Source of the DNA: a bacterium | GTDB taxonomy: Bacteria; Zhuqueibacterota; Zhuqueibacteria; Residuimicrobiales; Krinioviventaceae | Direction of reading: 5' to 3' | Length of the DNA: 64,000 nucleotides | NCBI GenBank assembly: GCA_963693055.1 | Contig: OY843751.1 | Coordinates: forward strand, 4,128,001 to 4,192,000 | Shown: positions 16,888 to 26,664 of the stretch, piece by piece | Layout of the letters: each line of letters begins with the position of its first letter | Position numbering within the stretch: position 1 is the stretch's first letter | Program-made: the position numbers and the translations under genes | Notes under the pieces: model-generated | What the model saw: the letters and a program-made list of their open reading frames with translations, nothing else | The model's database searches: none | What the model was told of the DNA's origin: nothing

Positions 16888-18249
16888 CTACGAATCTAAC
16901 AGAATCTGTCTTGCTTCTTTAACCGCTCCGTATGCCTTGCTGCCATTGGCAATCCGGTTCAATACCTCTTCTACACGCGTCACCCCCTGTAATGTTTTCC
17001 CCGGAAAAAAAGGACCGTTTCGCACCAGATGCACAAACTCTTCATCATCAATCATCCCCATATCATACATCCGTTCAAAGGCGCCCAACTCTTTATCCAG
17101 CGCTTGTGCGTTCAAGAGTCTTGCACGGGCCTGTTCCGTTTTGTCCATTAGATTGACTTCCCGCCACTCCAGGTCCCACTGTGCCCCTGCTTCGCCCTGC
17201 AGAACCAGAAACGTATTGATCACCCGCCTCAAAATCGGTTCTACCTTGGTCCGGTACGCATTGATATTCGCCACAATCATATCATTCTGGTTGTTACTCA
17301 TGCGCTCGGTTGTGGTCCATTTATACAAGCCAAACATAAATGGCGGCAGCCCGGTCTTGGTAATGATCTCCTCCTGCATCACATGTACCGGTACCTGAAG
17401 ATTTAGCACAGGCTCCTGTCCCCCCAACACCTGCACATCTATCCCGGCACCTTCCGGCACTGCCGCCGCAACATCCCGCACATGCCCCTGTTTGCGGTCC
17501 TGAAAAACACGGGTAATATCGCTTTGTAATCCTTCTGCCGCCTGTTTAACCCGATTAAAATCGCTGCCCCTTCCGCCACTCACTTTGACCAGAAATGTGG
17601 GGTCCCCAACCCGCCATACCTGGTTCTCTATGGCCTGCTGAATGCGTAAAAAAATCTTGACCACAAAGGGCAGCGAGTAAAACAGACTGTACCCCTGCGG
17701 GTGCCCGTCCCGTTGGTCAAAACACAGGTAATAGATAAATTCCGGATCATCAAACGGCAGAATATTCAACTCGGAATCCGTCAACTGTCCCAGTTTCAAC
17801 GTCCCGTCACGCTCCACAAAACGAAAACTGTTGGCGCGCGCAATTTTCAACCGGTCTACACCATTATAATCCGTGTTCGGCACCAATTCTCCGAAACCCA
17901 TGCCTTTTGCCAATGCGGAATCACAAATCTGGTCCACCCAGGTATTCAATCCCCGGTTAAAATGATTGACCTTGACATCCCCTTTGAATGCATTCAGCAG
18001 TTTTTCGATACGTGGATTCGGTGAAGATAACCGAAAATCCCCAATCAAACGCACCAGTTTGATCACCGCCACATCCAGTATCGGTACGGCCTCGCGCATC
18101 AGATCGTATAAATCCATATTGAATTGTAGCGGTTGATATCCCCTCAGCGCAGTCGCAAAAGGCCCCTCCCACGCGTCACGGGTTTGCGCCCGGCTGATCT
18201 TGACCTGCTGTGTATCCTCACCAAACCATACTTTAAACGGATTTTTCAT
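16888..18249 (-). CDS. Phage portal protein
   Basis: 453 aa; LYDLMREAVPILDVAVIKLVRL, HPQGYSL, TGLPPFMFGL and TTERMS motifs; first gene of the structural operon; GAGGGGAG RBS. Confidence 0.85.
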   Translation of the reverse strand: MKNPFKVWFGEDTQQVKISRAQTRDAWEGPFATALRGYQPLQFNMDLYDLMREAVPILDVAVIKLVRLIGDFRLSSPNPRIEKLLNAFKGDVKVNHFNRGLNTWVDQICDSALAKGMGFGELVPNTDYNGVDRLKIARANSFRFVERDGTLKLGQLTDSELNILPFDDPEFIYYLCFDQRDGHPQGYSLFYSLPFVVKIFLRIQQAIENQVWRVGDPTFLVKVSGGRGSDFNRVKQAAEGLQSDITRVFQDRKQGHVRDVAAAVPEGAGIDVQVLGGQEPVLNLQVPVHVMQEEIITKTGLPPFMFGLYKWTTTERMSNNQNDMIVANINAYRTKVEPILRRVINTFLVLQGEAGAQWDLEWREVNLMDKTEQARARLLNAQALDKELGAFERMYDMGMIDDEEFVHLVRNGPFFPGKTLQGVTRVEEVLNRIANGSKAYGAVKEARQILLDS

Positions 18250-18355
18250 TTCATCTCCCCTCTGTAAATCACAATCAAAAGATAAACGAAAATCCTGAAA
18301 ATCAAAGCAACATTGGGTAACTTACACAACGCAGAAACAAAAAAAATGCTCCTAA

Positions 18356-18466
18356 CGTAAGGGCGGACCTGTGTGTCCGCCCCAGACACAATCTCAACAC
18401 GATGTAGAGTGTTTCAAATCACCAGCAGCTCTGCCCCTTCGTAAGGGCGGACCTGCGTGTCCGCCC
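18356..18466. repeat. Two 27-bp REP-like palindromic direct repeats
   Basis: CGTAAGGGCGGACCTG(T/C)GTGTCCGCCC at 18356-18382 and 18440-18466, with one mismatch; each contains the stem GGGCGGAC/GTCCGCCC. Confidence 0.75.
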
Positions 18467-18482
18467 TGGTACTACCCACCCT

Positions 18483-18515
18483 GGTTCCAGGGCTCTGCCC
18501 TGGAATCCTTTTTTC
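18483..18515 (+). terminator. Hairpin with T-tract (terminator- or REP-like)
   Basis: GGTTCCAGGGC-tct-GCCCTGGAATCC followed by T7. Confidence 0.5.
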
Positions 18516-18542
18516 ACATAACTACAAATATCAAAAAAATCC

Positions 18543-18605
18543 TTGACAAATGTTCAAAAAATTACTACGTTCATTATAAATGAACATCTAAAAATATTGA
18601 ACATT
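18543..18605 (+). promoter_or_regulatory. Sigma70 promoter with nested inverted-repeat operator of the AbiE operon
   Basis: TTGACA(18543)-17 bp-TACGTT. AATGTTCAA(18549)...TTGAACATT(18605) encloses GTTCA-TTATAAA-TGAAC. Confidence 0.65.
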
Positions 18606-19592
18606 ATGCAAAAATTACAACACATCATACAAAACCTGAATACGATCTTTGCCCATGACATAGAACTCAGGCTGGTAGAAAATAATAACTCTCCGCAACT
18701 GGATTTGATCGTCAATCAAAAACCTATACGATTTTCAATCGAATTCAAAACGACTATTAACCGCTCACTGATCACAATATTAAAACATCAAAAGCAGCAA
18801 CACCAAACACCGTTTCTGCTCATAACCCCCTATGTCAATCCCGTTCTGGCAAAAGAATTAAAACAACAGGAAATCCAGTTTATGGATACTGCGGGTAATG
18901 CATATATTAACCAAACACCGCTCTATATTTATATACAGGGCAACAAATTGCCCAATTTACCCAACACCACCACAAGGCGGTTATTCAAACCTGCAGGCCT
19001 CAAAGTCCTCTTTGCCCTTTTGACCGTACCTGAACTAGTGAACAAGCCTTATCGTGAAATAGCAAAAACTGCGCAAGTTTCTTTAGGCACATTAACCTGG
19101 GTAATGAACGATCTTGTTGAATTGGGCTATCTCATTGACCTGGGCAAAAAGGGTAAAAAACTGATCAACATGCAAAGACTAGTGGAAAAATGGTGTTCAG
19201 AATACAATCAGACCCTCAAACCCAGGCTCATAATTGATAGATTCAATGGTCCAGAAAACTGGTGGCAGCAGCTTAATCCGGTTCAACATAATGCACAATG
19301 GGGTGGCGAAGTGGCAGCAGCATTACTGACCCAATATCTGAAACCTGTAAACACCTTGCTGTATCTAAACGACATGAATTACAGCAAGATCATACAACAG
19401 AATCACTTATATCAGGATAAAAATGGGAATACGCTTTTCATCCAGTATCCCATTAACATCCAACCTGTTGATAAAACGGTTCACCCGTTATTAATCTATG
19501 CGGATCTGTTGGATACAACCGATCCCAGAAGTATGGAAACCGCAAAGGTAATCTATGACCAGTACATCGTTCAACTTGTCGGGGAAAATTGA
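18606..19592 (+). CDS. Type IV toxin-antitoxin AbiEi-family antitoxin
   Basis: FMDTAGNAYI, PYREIAKTAQVSLGT (HTH), WGGEVAA and HPLLIYADLL motifs. Start set at ATG 18606 because the track's TTG is the -35 box. Confidence 0.85.
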   Translation: MQKLQHIIQNLNTIFAHDIELRLVENNNSPQLDLIVNQKPIRFSIEFKTTINRSLITILKHQKQQHQTPFLLITPYVNPVLAKELKQQEIQFMDTAGNAYINQTPLYIYIQGNKLPNLPNTTTRRLFKPAGLKVLFALLTVPELVNKPYREIAKTAQVSLGTLTWVMNDLVELGYLIDLGKKGKKLINMQRLVEKWCSEYNQTLKPRLIIDRFNGPENWWQQLNPVQHNAQWGGEVAAALLTQYLKPVNTLLYLNDMNYSKIIQQNHLYQDKNGNTLFIQYPINIQPVDKTVHPLLIYADLLDTTDPRSMETAKVIYDQYIVQLVGEN

Positions 19593-20400
19593 TCCCGAGA
19601 TCCTGACTGTTATCCAACATATTAAATCAATCACAGAAAAAATAAACATTCCGTTTTTCATTGTTGGAGCAATTGCAAGGGATTTTATCTTTAAATATTG
19701 GCAAATTGAATCCCCAAGAATGACTATGGACATAGATATTGCCATCCGTATACCCAATTGGGACCGGTTTCACGAGTTAGAGAAAGCATTCCTGGAATCA
19801 GATGTTTTTGTAAAAGATAGAGAATCCCAACGGTTTCTCTATAATAATTTTATTGTGGATATAATTCCCTTTGGTGACATTGCAAAGGACCAGGTCATCA
19901 ACTGGCCACCGGATTTTAATATTGCAATGTCAGTTGTAGGATTTGATCAGGCATGGGACTATTCAAGTATCGTCAGATTAAATAATGAACCTGAACTGGA
20001 TGTTCGCATTCCAACACTTCCGGGAATGGCATTAATGAAACTCCTCTCCTGGCATACGGCATACCCTGAACGGAATAAGGATGCAAAGGATTTCTGGTTC
20101 ATTATGAATCATTATGAATTTGCAGGCATTGCGGACAGATTGTATAAAACTGAATTCTCTTTATTTGAAAAAGAAGATTATAACCTTCAACATGCAGGAT
20201 ATGTTCTGCTAGGTAAAGATATTGCAGCTATATGTAATAAAGAAACAAAAGCGTTGGTCAAACAAATCCTGGCAGATGAAACCGACCAAAATTCAAGCAA
20301 CAAATTGATTTTACAAATGCTTACTCCTCAGGATCAATTTGAAAAAATATTAAAGGGCCTTGAAAAATTAGAAACCGGATTTAATAGCCAGATTAATTAA
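19555..20400 (+). CDS. AbiEii/AbiGii-family nucleotidyltransferase toxin
   Basis: VGAIARD, RMTMDIDIA, DIIPFG and LMKLLSW...KDAKD; overlaps the antitoxin stop. Confidence 0.85.
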   Translation: MTSTSFNLSGKIDPEILTVIQHIKSITEKINIPFFIVGAIARDFIFKYWQIESPRMTMDIDIAIRIPNWDRFHELEKAFLESDVFVKDRESQRFLYNNFIVDIIPFGDIAKDQVINWPPDFNIAMSVVGFDQAWDYSSIVRLNNEPELDVRIPTLPGMALMKLLSWHTAYPERNKDAKDFWFIMNHYEFAGIADRLYKTEFSLFEKEDYNLQHAGYVLLGKDIAAICNKETKALVKQILADETDQNSSNKLILQMLTPQDQFEKILKGLEKLETGFNSQIN

Positions 20401-20506
20401 CATATGAATATCCCCCTCTTTTCGTACACCCTGCAAAACGTGAATACTTTTACCTGCCAAATCTCACATCAATTCGCAATCATTCTGACAACAATCATTT
20501 TGTTAT

Positions 20507-20540
20507 AAAAAAAAACAGGATGCAAATTATCAGCACCCTG
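20507..20540 (-). terminator. Rho-independent terminator
   Basis: CAGGGTGC/GCATCCTG stem plus U9 on the minus strand. Confidence 0.7.
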
Positions 20541-20569
20541 CTTTTCTTGTTGGAACCATGATGTTTCAA

Positions 20570-23500
20570 TTATTTAAATTCAACCGGAATGCGTTTAACA
20601 GGCAAAACTTCATTGCTTGTTTCGGTAGATTTACCTGCTTTTTCAGCCTTGAGCAATGGCCGTTCATCAGGATCTGATGTAATATATATTTTTTCAATTT
20701 CAATTTTTTTTCCAATTACATCAAGTCCAACCGTATTAATACCTGGTTCAAGCTGAACATCACCCATACTGTACCATCTAAAATAACGGTGGTGCCCTTC
20801 ATTTTTCCGGGCCTTGATCCACAATTGACAATTCAGATTTGATTGTGTGTCTATTGCAAACTCTTGTCTGGTTGTATCTGTATTCTCGATTTCTCTTGCA
20901 ACTGACTGTCCGCCATAAATAAATAATTCCTGCTTGTCTGCCAGGCTAAAAATCGGTTTACGCCAGGATGCCGGCACAAACGGACCGTCCAATACGGTTT
21001 CGCTCTTGCCCCATGCATTTACCGCGGTAATGGATATATAAACCGGTTTTTCATTATCCAGATTCTGGATAATTGCTTGATTTACCGTGCCCAGGGCCAA
21101 TTTATTAGCCATTCGTGTTCTTTCGGTCCCCCATTTCAATTCATAACCGGTTGCTTTTTCTGAAGGATTGAAATTCACAACCAGCATTCCATTCCAATTC
21201 TCAACAGTTGTAATCTCGGGTTTACCCGGTATTTCTTTATCAAATGCATTGGGGGACAACTCAGCCACCATCTCTTTTGACTGACCGCCATTCACTTTAA
21301 CAGAATATCTTTTTTCTCCCCGTTTGTCATGGATCTTTATCTTGATCAAATGCTGGTCCTGGTCATACGTCCAGCCTTGCTGCGTAGAGATAAAATCACT
21401 CATTTCAACCTGAGGTACTGTTTTATCATTTACAGTAACAGAGCCGGGTTCGTCTCCAAACAATACAACTCCAAATTTTTGCTCGGGTTTTGTGATATTT
21501 AAAATCATATTTTCTTTATCTCGTTTTGCAAGGATACTGACAGATTTACCTTCTTCCCGTAAATCAAACCGGGTATCTTTACAATCGTACAGCATGAAAC
21601 ACAATCGCAATAATTCTTTTTCCGACTGATCAAATGCGCCGCCAACATCCATGGTTTCGTTCAATGCCAGCGGAACTATGGAATTCGATTTAATAAAGAC
21701 CGGAATCCGGTTCAAGGGACAGGTATAATCAATCTCTTGCTCTCCTTCAAACCGTTCATATGTCCAAAAATCCACCCACTCACCGTTGGGTAAATATATA
21801 TTTCGTGAAAATCCAGGCTCCAATACAGGTGCAACCAGCATTTCTTCACCCAGCATATATTCATCATCAATATCTTTGGTTGCAGTATCTTGGGGATAAT
21901 GCAGAAACAGGGTCCGCATCAATGGCAGCCCGTTTTCGTTTGCCTGTATCAAATAGTGATACAAATACGGTAACAGATTATATCTCACCCTGGCATAAAA
22001 TCGATAATTGTCCCAGCCATAAGGGTCCTGCTCCCACGGTGCAGGCGCACTGCCATGGTCATGAAACGATGGCCCGAATGTGGAATACTGTACACCGCGG
22101 ATATAAACCTCTCGGTCATGTTCGTCATTACCGCCCCTGTATCCCGCTATATCATGACCAATCAGCGGCACTCCACAGATAGAAATCGCTAACGATGCGT
22201 CAACAGTTCCCTTGAGCTGCTGAAAATTCCTTCCGCGGTCTCCACCCCAACAATAGCCCGCCTTTTGCAATCCCAGTCCACCACCGCGTATCCAGATAAC
22301 GCCGCCATCCGGTTTAATACTCTGTATCCAGTTATATATTTCTTCTCCAAAAATAACCGCATGCAGATTGGTTATACCTTTTACCGGTTTATGCAATAAT
22401 TTAGGATCATAATCCCGGGGAAACATTTCACTAAAATCAACTTTGATTCCATCCAGGTTCTTGTGTTCCGGTACAGACCGGTCACCTTGACCTGTCAAAT
22501 ATTCCGCATACAGGTTTTCCTTCCACCAATCCATAGCTTCAGGATTTGTGACATCCAGATAAACAGAGTTCATCCGTACCCCACCTATAGCAAAAGTGCT
22601 GTCCGTGCGTCTTACAAAATATTCAGGTTTGCCCTCTTTAATTTCAGGACTCTTGGGTGCTACTTGTCCCGTAGGTGACCAAAAAACGGTCTTAATCCCA
22701 ATTCCATGCCACTTGTCTACAAGATCGTTCATACCGAGCTCAAAATCGCGGTTAAACATGGTCCTAACACCTTCCCACAAAATGATTCCCAGTGGAAACT
22801 TTTCCCGCATTAGCATATCAATATCCGCATCAGTATAGGCGGTATTATTCCACCCTGTCATTCTGCGTCGGCTCAACCAGGTACCCAGCGACCATCGGGG
22901 GATAACCGGTGTACGCCCGGTAAATGCAGTATTCTGCTCAATTACTTTTAATGGATCAGGATTGCAATACACAAACACATTCATTTCCGAGTCTGGTACC
23001 TCTATGGTGTAGCGATCATTTGCCAGATCACCCATGTGAAACACTACCGGCAAACCGGTATTTACCAGCAAACCAAAGCGCTTTGATGAAAGAAAAAACG
23101 GAATGGATTTATACGTTCCGCCATCAACCGACATATATGCATCAGAGATAATCATATCTACACGTTTTCCACGCTGGTCCAAACCGTCAAACTTTTCACC
23201 AAATCCATAAACACTTTCAGTAGAATCCAGCGCACTGCTAAAACCAATGGTTCGCAAACTGTCCTGATCTACCCACTCTATTCCATCCAGTGTATTGAAA
23301 ATAATTTCACCATCTCGTTCAATTGCAATATCTAATGGCGATTTATCAATAATTACTTTAATGTCACCGCTCAAAAGTACCAAAGTACTGTCAAAATCAT
23401 TCCATTGAAATTTATTCAACTCTGCATAAACTGACTCTTGTTTCTCTATGCCGGCTTGAATGTTTACAACATCTCGATATGGGAACGCAATACGAACGTT

Positions 23501-23680
23501 CAATTCCTGACCAGTTTCATGATCTAAACCGCTGATTTCAAAAATATTACCATGTGCAGTAAATTGATTCACCTGAAATGGATTTTTTGTTTGCTCAATT
23601 TCATCTGCTATTGCAGAACTGAAAATAATTAAAGAAACCATAGAAATAATAAATGAGAATCTGTGGTAACTCAAAAACAT
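20570..23680 (-). CDS. Glycoside hydrolase family 31 (alpha-xylosidase/glucosidase-like) with FN3-like domain
   Basis: YGFGEKF, YKSIPFFLS, GIKVDFSE (nucleophile), WGGD (acid/base), HDIAGY and YMLGEEMLVAPV; signal peptide. Confidence 0.9.
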   Translation of the reverse strand: MFLSYHRFSFIISMVSLIIFSSAIADEIEQTKNPFQVNQFTAHGNIFEISGLDHETGQELNVRIAFPYRDVVNIQAGIEKQESVYAELNKFQWNDFDSTLVLLSGDIKVIIDKSPLDIAIERDGEIIFNTLDGIEWVDQDSLRTIGFSSALDSTESVYGFGEKFDGLDQRGKRVDMIISDAYMSVDGGTYKSIPFFLSSKRFGLLVNTGLPVVFHMGDLANDRYTIEVPDSEMNVFVYCNPDPLKVIEQNTAFTGRTPVIPRWSLGTWLSRRRMTGWNNTAYTDADIDMLMREKFPLGIILWEGVRTMFNRDFELGMNDLVDKWHGIGIKTVFWSPTGQVAPKSPEIKEGKPEYFVRRTDSTFAIGGVRMNSVYLDVTNPEAMDWWKENLYAEYLTGQGDRSVPEHKNLDGIKVDFSEMFPRDYDPKLLHKPVKGITNLHAVIFGEEIYNWIQSIKPDGGVIWIRGGGLGLQKAGYCWGGDRGRNFQQLKGTVDASLAISICGVPLIGHDIAGYRGGNDEHDREVYIRGVQYSTFGPSFHDHGSAPAPWEQDPYGWDNYRFYARVRYNLLPYLYHYLIQANENGLPLMRTLFLHYPQDTATKDIDDEYMLGEEMLVAPVLEPGFSRNIYLPNGEWVDFWTYERFEGEQEIDYTCPLNRIPVFIKSNSIVPLALNETMDVGGAFDQSEKELLRLCFMLYDCKDTRFDLREEGKSVSILAKRDKENMILNITKPEQKFGVVLFGDEPGSVTVNDKTVPQVEMSDFISTQQGWTYDQDQHLIKIKIHDKRGEKRYSVKVNGGQSKEMVAELSPNAFDKEIPGKPEITTVENWNGMLVVNFNPSEKATGYELKWGTERTRMANKLALGTVNQAIIQNLDNEKPVYISITAVNAWGKSETVLDGPFVPASWRKPIFSLADKQELFIYGGQSVAREIENTDTTRQEFAIDTQSNLNCQLWIKARKNEGHHRYFRWYSMGDVQLEPGINTVGLDVIGKKIEIEKIYITSDPDERPLLKAEKAGKSTETSNEVLPVKRIPVEFK

Positions 23681-23863
23681 AAAGTGACTCCTTGATGGAA
23701 TTTATAAATTGGTCATACATTTATATCTGACGTTATAGATAAAATAATGTGGCAATATGCCACACCTTTCAAAATAAAGTCTTTCACAGCAATTTCCAAG
23801 GGAAAAACCAAAATTTACAATCTAATACAATTAGGAAAAAAATCAGTTCTCACTAGAAAAAAA

Positions 23864-24652
23864 TTAAATGCGGATTGCGCGGGTAGCTATAAAACAATCA
23901 ATATTTCCATACAGAGGGTTCTCATCATCATGGTGCGGGTCTTCATAAAATCCATCAATCACAAAACCGGCCCTAATCTGTTCCCCAATCTGATCTGTCA
24001 GGGTATGACCAAATTCAAAGGCATGCCCCTCTCTGGCATATAACTCTTTTTGTTCAGATGTTAGGGTTTCCAGATCAGAATAAGGAATTTTCTGCACCTT
24101 TGTCAAATCCATTTCCCACTCGGGCGCGGTTTCTGCAAACAAATACAATATGGGATTACAAAATCCCGCCATCAAGATCCCCCCTTTACGCAAGACACGT
24201 GCACACTCTATCCAGACCGGCTTTACGTCGGCAACAAAACAGTTCGAAACCGGATGAAAAATAATATCAAAGGATGCATCCGCAAACGCACTCAGCTCCG
24301 CCATATCTCCCATGATTGTGGAAATCTCCAAACCTTCACGTTCAGCTACCATTTCGTCCTGCCCAAGCTGTTTGGGAGAAAGATCATATACCGTCACTTT
24401 TGCCCCTGCTGCCGCAAAAACAGGCCCCTGCTGCCCACCTGCACTCGCAAGGCATAGAACATCTTTGCCCTGAATATCTCCAAACCATTCCCGCGGTACG
24501 GGTGTTTGCGGAGTCAACACAACCTCCCATTTACCCTTGCGGGCATCTGCAATTACCTGCGGTGATACCGGTTGGGTCCATCGGTTTTCCAGTCGTACAT
24601 AGGTATCCCAGGTTTTCTGATTGTGTTTTAAATAAGAGGCATCATTACTCAT
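23864..24652 (-). CDS. Class I SAM-dependent methyltransferase
   Basis: VLCLASAGGQQG, DLSPKQL and FDIIFHPVSNCF. Confidence 0.85.
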   Translation of the reverse strand: MSNDASYLKHNQKTWDTYVRLENRWTQPVSPQVIADARKGKWEVVLTPQTPVPREWFGDIQGKDVLCLASAGGQQGPVFAAAGAKVTVYDLSPKQLGQDEMVAEREGLEISTIMGDMAELSAFADASFDIIFHPVSNCFVADVKPVWIECARVLRKGGILMAGFCNPILYLFAETAPEWEMDLTKVQKIPYSDLETLTSEQKELYAREGHAFEFGHTLTDQIGEQIRAGFVIDGFYEDPHHDDENPLYGNIDCFIATRAIRI

Positions 24653-25278
24653 CGTTCTCTATGCTCCCGTTGTAAGATCATTTCAACAAACTGAGGATAC
24701 GCCATGGAATATTTGCCCATAAAAAATTCTCTTTTGGGAAAACGAATCAATTGAGATTTTCGTACAAATGCAGACTCTGCTTCTCTTCCCTGTCCGGTGC
24801 CCTCTAACCCAAAGCTCCACCAATGCTGGTCCCCAATAGTAATACCACTCAATTCCAGTTGATACCCGGCATGTCCCTCTGCTTCCGGCACAATCAACAA
24901 TAATCTTCTTTTATGGATATCCAGCCATTTCTGAGAAGCTCCAACCATCTGCTCATAATCCGTCCCGGCATCAAGCTTGAAACTCCATTTTGTCCATGTA
25001 TCCACCAATCCTGATGTATAGGGCCCCAAATCCTGCACACCTAATTCCTTTTGCCGCTCCTTGATTTCGATAAATCCGTCACGCAGTTTGATACTCATGT
25101 CCTCGCTGCCTGTGCAAAAATATCGATCAGTCCGCTCTTCAATCAACGGCATCTCTTGCGACATGGTCGCAAACCATTCCGTAATTTCTGAGGGAATACT
25201 GCCTTCCAAAAACCAACGTACTTCAATAGTAGAATACATAAACCCACCTGCTGGATTCACAAACATTTCACTATACAT
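24649..25278 (-). CDS. CYTH-like domain protein
   Basis: E-V-R-W-F, RTDRY, IKLR, IEIKER, WTKWSF and KRR pattern of CYTH tunnel folds. Confidence 0.6.
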   Translation of the reverse strand: MYSEMFVNPAGGFMYSTIEVRWFLEGSIPSEITEWFATMSQEMPLIEERTDRYFCTGSEDMSIKLRDGFIEIKERQKELGVQDLGPYTSGLVDTWTKWSFKLDAGTDYEQMVGASQKWLDIHKRRLLLIVPEAEGHAGYQLELSGITIGDQHWWSFGLEGTGQGREAESAFVRKSQLIRFPKREFFMGKYSMAYPQFVEMILQREHRER

Positions 25279-25322
25279 AAATATTCAAGAATTTGCAAGC
25301 AGAAATTTAGTTTTCAATACAT

Positions 25323-25354
25323 AAAAAAAGCCGAGCCATAATCGGCCCGACTTT
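25323..25354 (-). terminator. Rho-independent terminator
   Basis: GTCGGGCC/GGCTCGGC stem plus U7 on the minus strand. Confidence 0.65.
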
Positions 25355-25388
25355 CTCATCATGGGGGGTATGAAATATAAATAATATT

Positions 25389-26079
25389 CTAGTTATCAGT
25401 AAGATTTTCTCCATAAACCAGGCTAACCCGTTCAATCCCTTCCAATGCACTCAGGTCCTGAACCAACTCCTGGTGTCCGACATTTTTACGAAATCGGATA
25501 TTAAAGGTCAATTCTAAAAACTCTCCCAATCTTGCAGATCGGATATTTACCAGTGAATGTACGGTCAGATATTGCTTAAACACATCCATATACACAGACT
25601 CATCAGAGTGTTGGGGAATAGACCAGAAACGCAGTACCATCTCTTCCTGCACAGCAGTGCCATATTTGGTAAAATGCAATACCACAACAAATAACACAAC
25701 ACTCACACATCCAATAATGCCAATCACATGGTTTCCTGATCCCGCTGCCATTCCCGCGGCAAGCGAGAAAAACACAAACGCGATATCTATGGAATCTTTA
25801 ACCGCAGTTCTAAACCGGATTATCGACATGGCACCCACAAGCCCAAAGGCCCGCGCAAGATTGTTGCCTATAACCATAATCACAATCGTTGTTACCATGG
25901 TGATAATAATCAACGTATTTACAAACGTGACCGAATACGCGGTATCCTTTATATGTCAGCTTGTAAACCAGTGTTATCAACAATCCCAAACATAACGATA
26001 AAGCAATGTTGAAAATCACATCAAAAATAGTTATTGTAGCGCTGTCTGCCAACAGGCTGTTAAATACCAATTCCTGCAC
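25389..26079 (-). pseudogene. DUF4956 membrane protein, frameshifted
   Basis: GNNLARAFGLVGAMSIIRFRTAVKD signature. The N-terminus (track 25810..26115) and C-terminus (25389..25913) are in different frames, with the shift near 25945. Confidence 0.85.
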
Positions 26080-26664
26080 TATAGGTCCCTTAATTATTAT
26101 TAAAATGTCCTTCAATCCCCATAGAATATTTCGATATGGACTCGGGACGCACCTGAATCTCTTGCACCAAACGCCTCATCCATTTGGGCATAAATTCATC
26201 AAATTTCAATTCCAAAATACAGCTCTTGTCTGTAGCCGGCATCAAACATTCGTTGGTAAATAGATCCGTTAAACGTGGAGCATAAAGTGTTCTCACATTA
26301 TAATCTATGGTTAAACGAACACGTTCATTGTACATATCCATATAAGCGTTACGGTCATATAATACCAACAGCAAGGGTTCTAAATTATAAGAAACCAGGT
26401 TAAAAACAAACCGGTCAAGAAATATATCGTTTCCATTCGTAATTCTGTAATTTGTATAAAATCAAATGGCGAGTTTACAATATCATCCAGACTGCAAATT
26501 TGAAATTTTGAACGCTCTTTAACAACATTATTATTGTATCTGCGTTTTATTTTCAAAAATCCAATACTATCTTGCTGATACTCATTAAAAATACGTATGC
26601 GCAATGTCTTTCTAACTTTTAATCCATCTGCTTTTTCATAATAAAAATCAAGTTGTAGAGTTTC

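Larger units (their letters stand above)
6960..18249 (-). mobile_element. Phage-derived virion structural operon (GTA-like or domesticated prophage remnant)
   Basis: 15 co-oriented ORFs in siphophage head-neck-tail order. No terminase, tape measure, integrase, repressor or replication genes are recognisable. It looks more GC-rich than its flanks by eye. Confidence 0.8.

Noticed and set aside
6960-18249. Complete inducible prophage, PICI/cf-PICI, encapsulin or contractile injection system
   Set aside because: No integrase, terminase or replication genes (against prophage and PICI); portal and tail genes are present (against encapsulin); no sheath or baseplate wedge genes (against a contractile system). 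No att repeats were found by eye, though this was not an exhaustive search.
18250-18350. Sigma70 or sigma54 promoter for the portal operon
   Set aside because: Candidate -35/-10 pairs have 15- or 20-bp spacing and no -24/-12 motif was found, so no call was made.
18356-18466. The 27-bp palindromic repeats as a CRISPR array
   Set aside because: Only two copies, a 57-bp spacer, no cas genes, and a REP-like structure.
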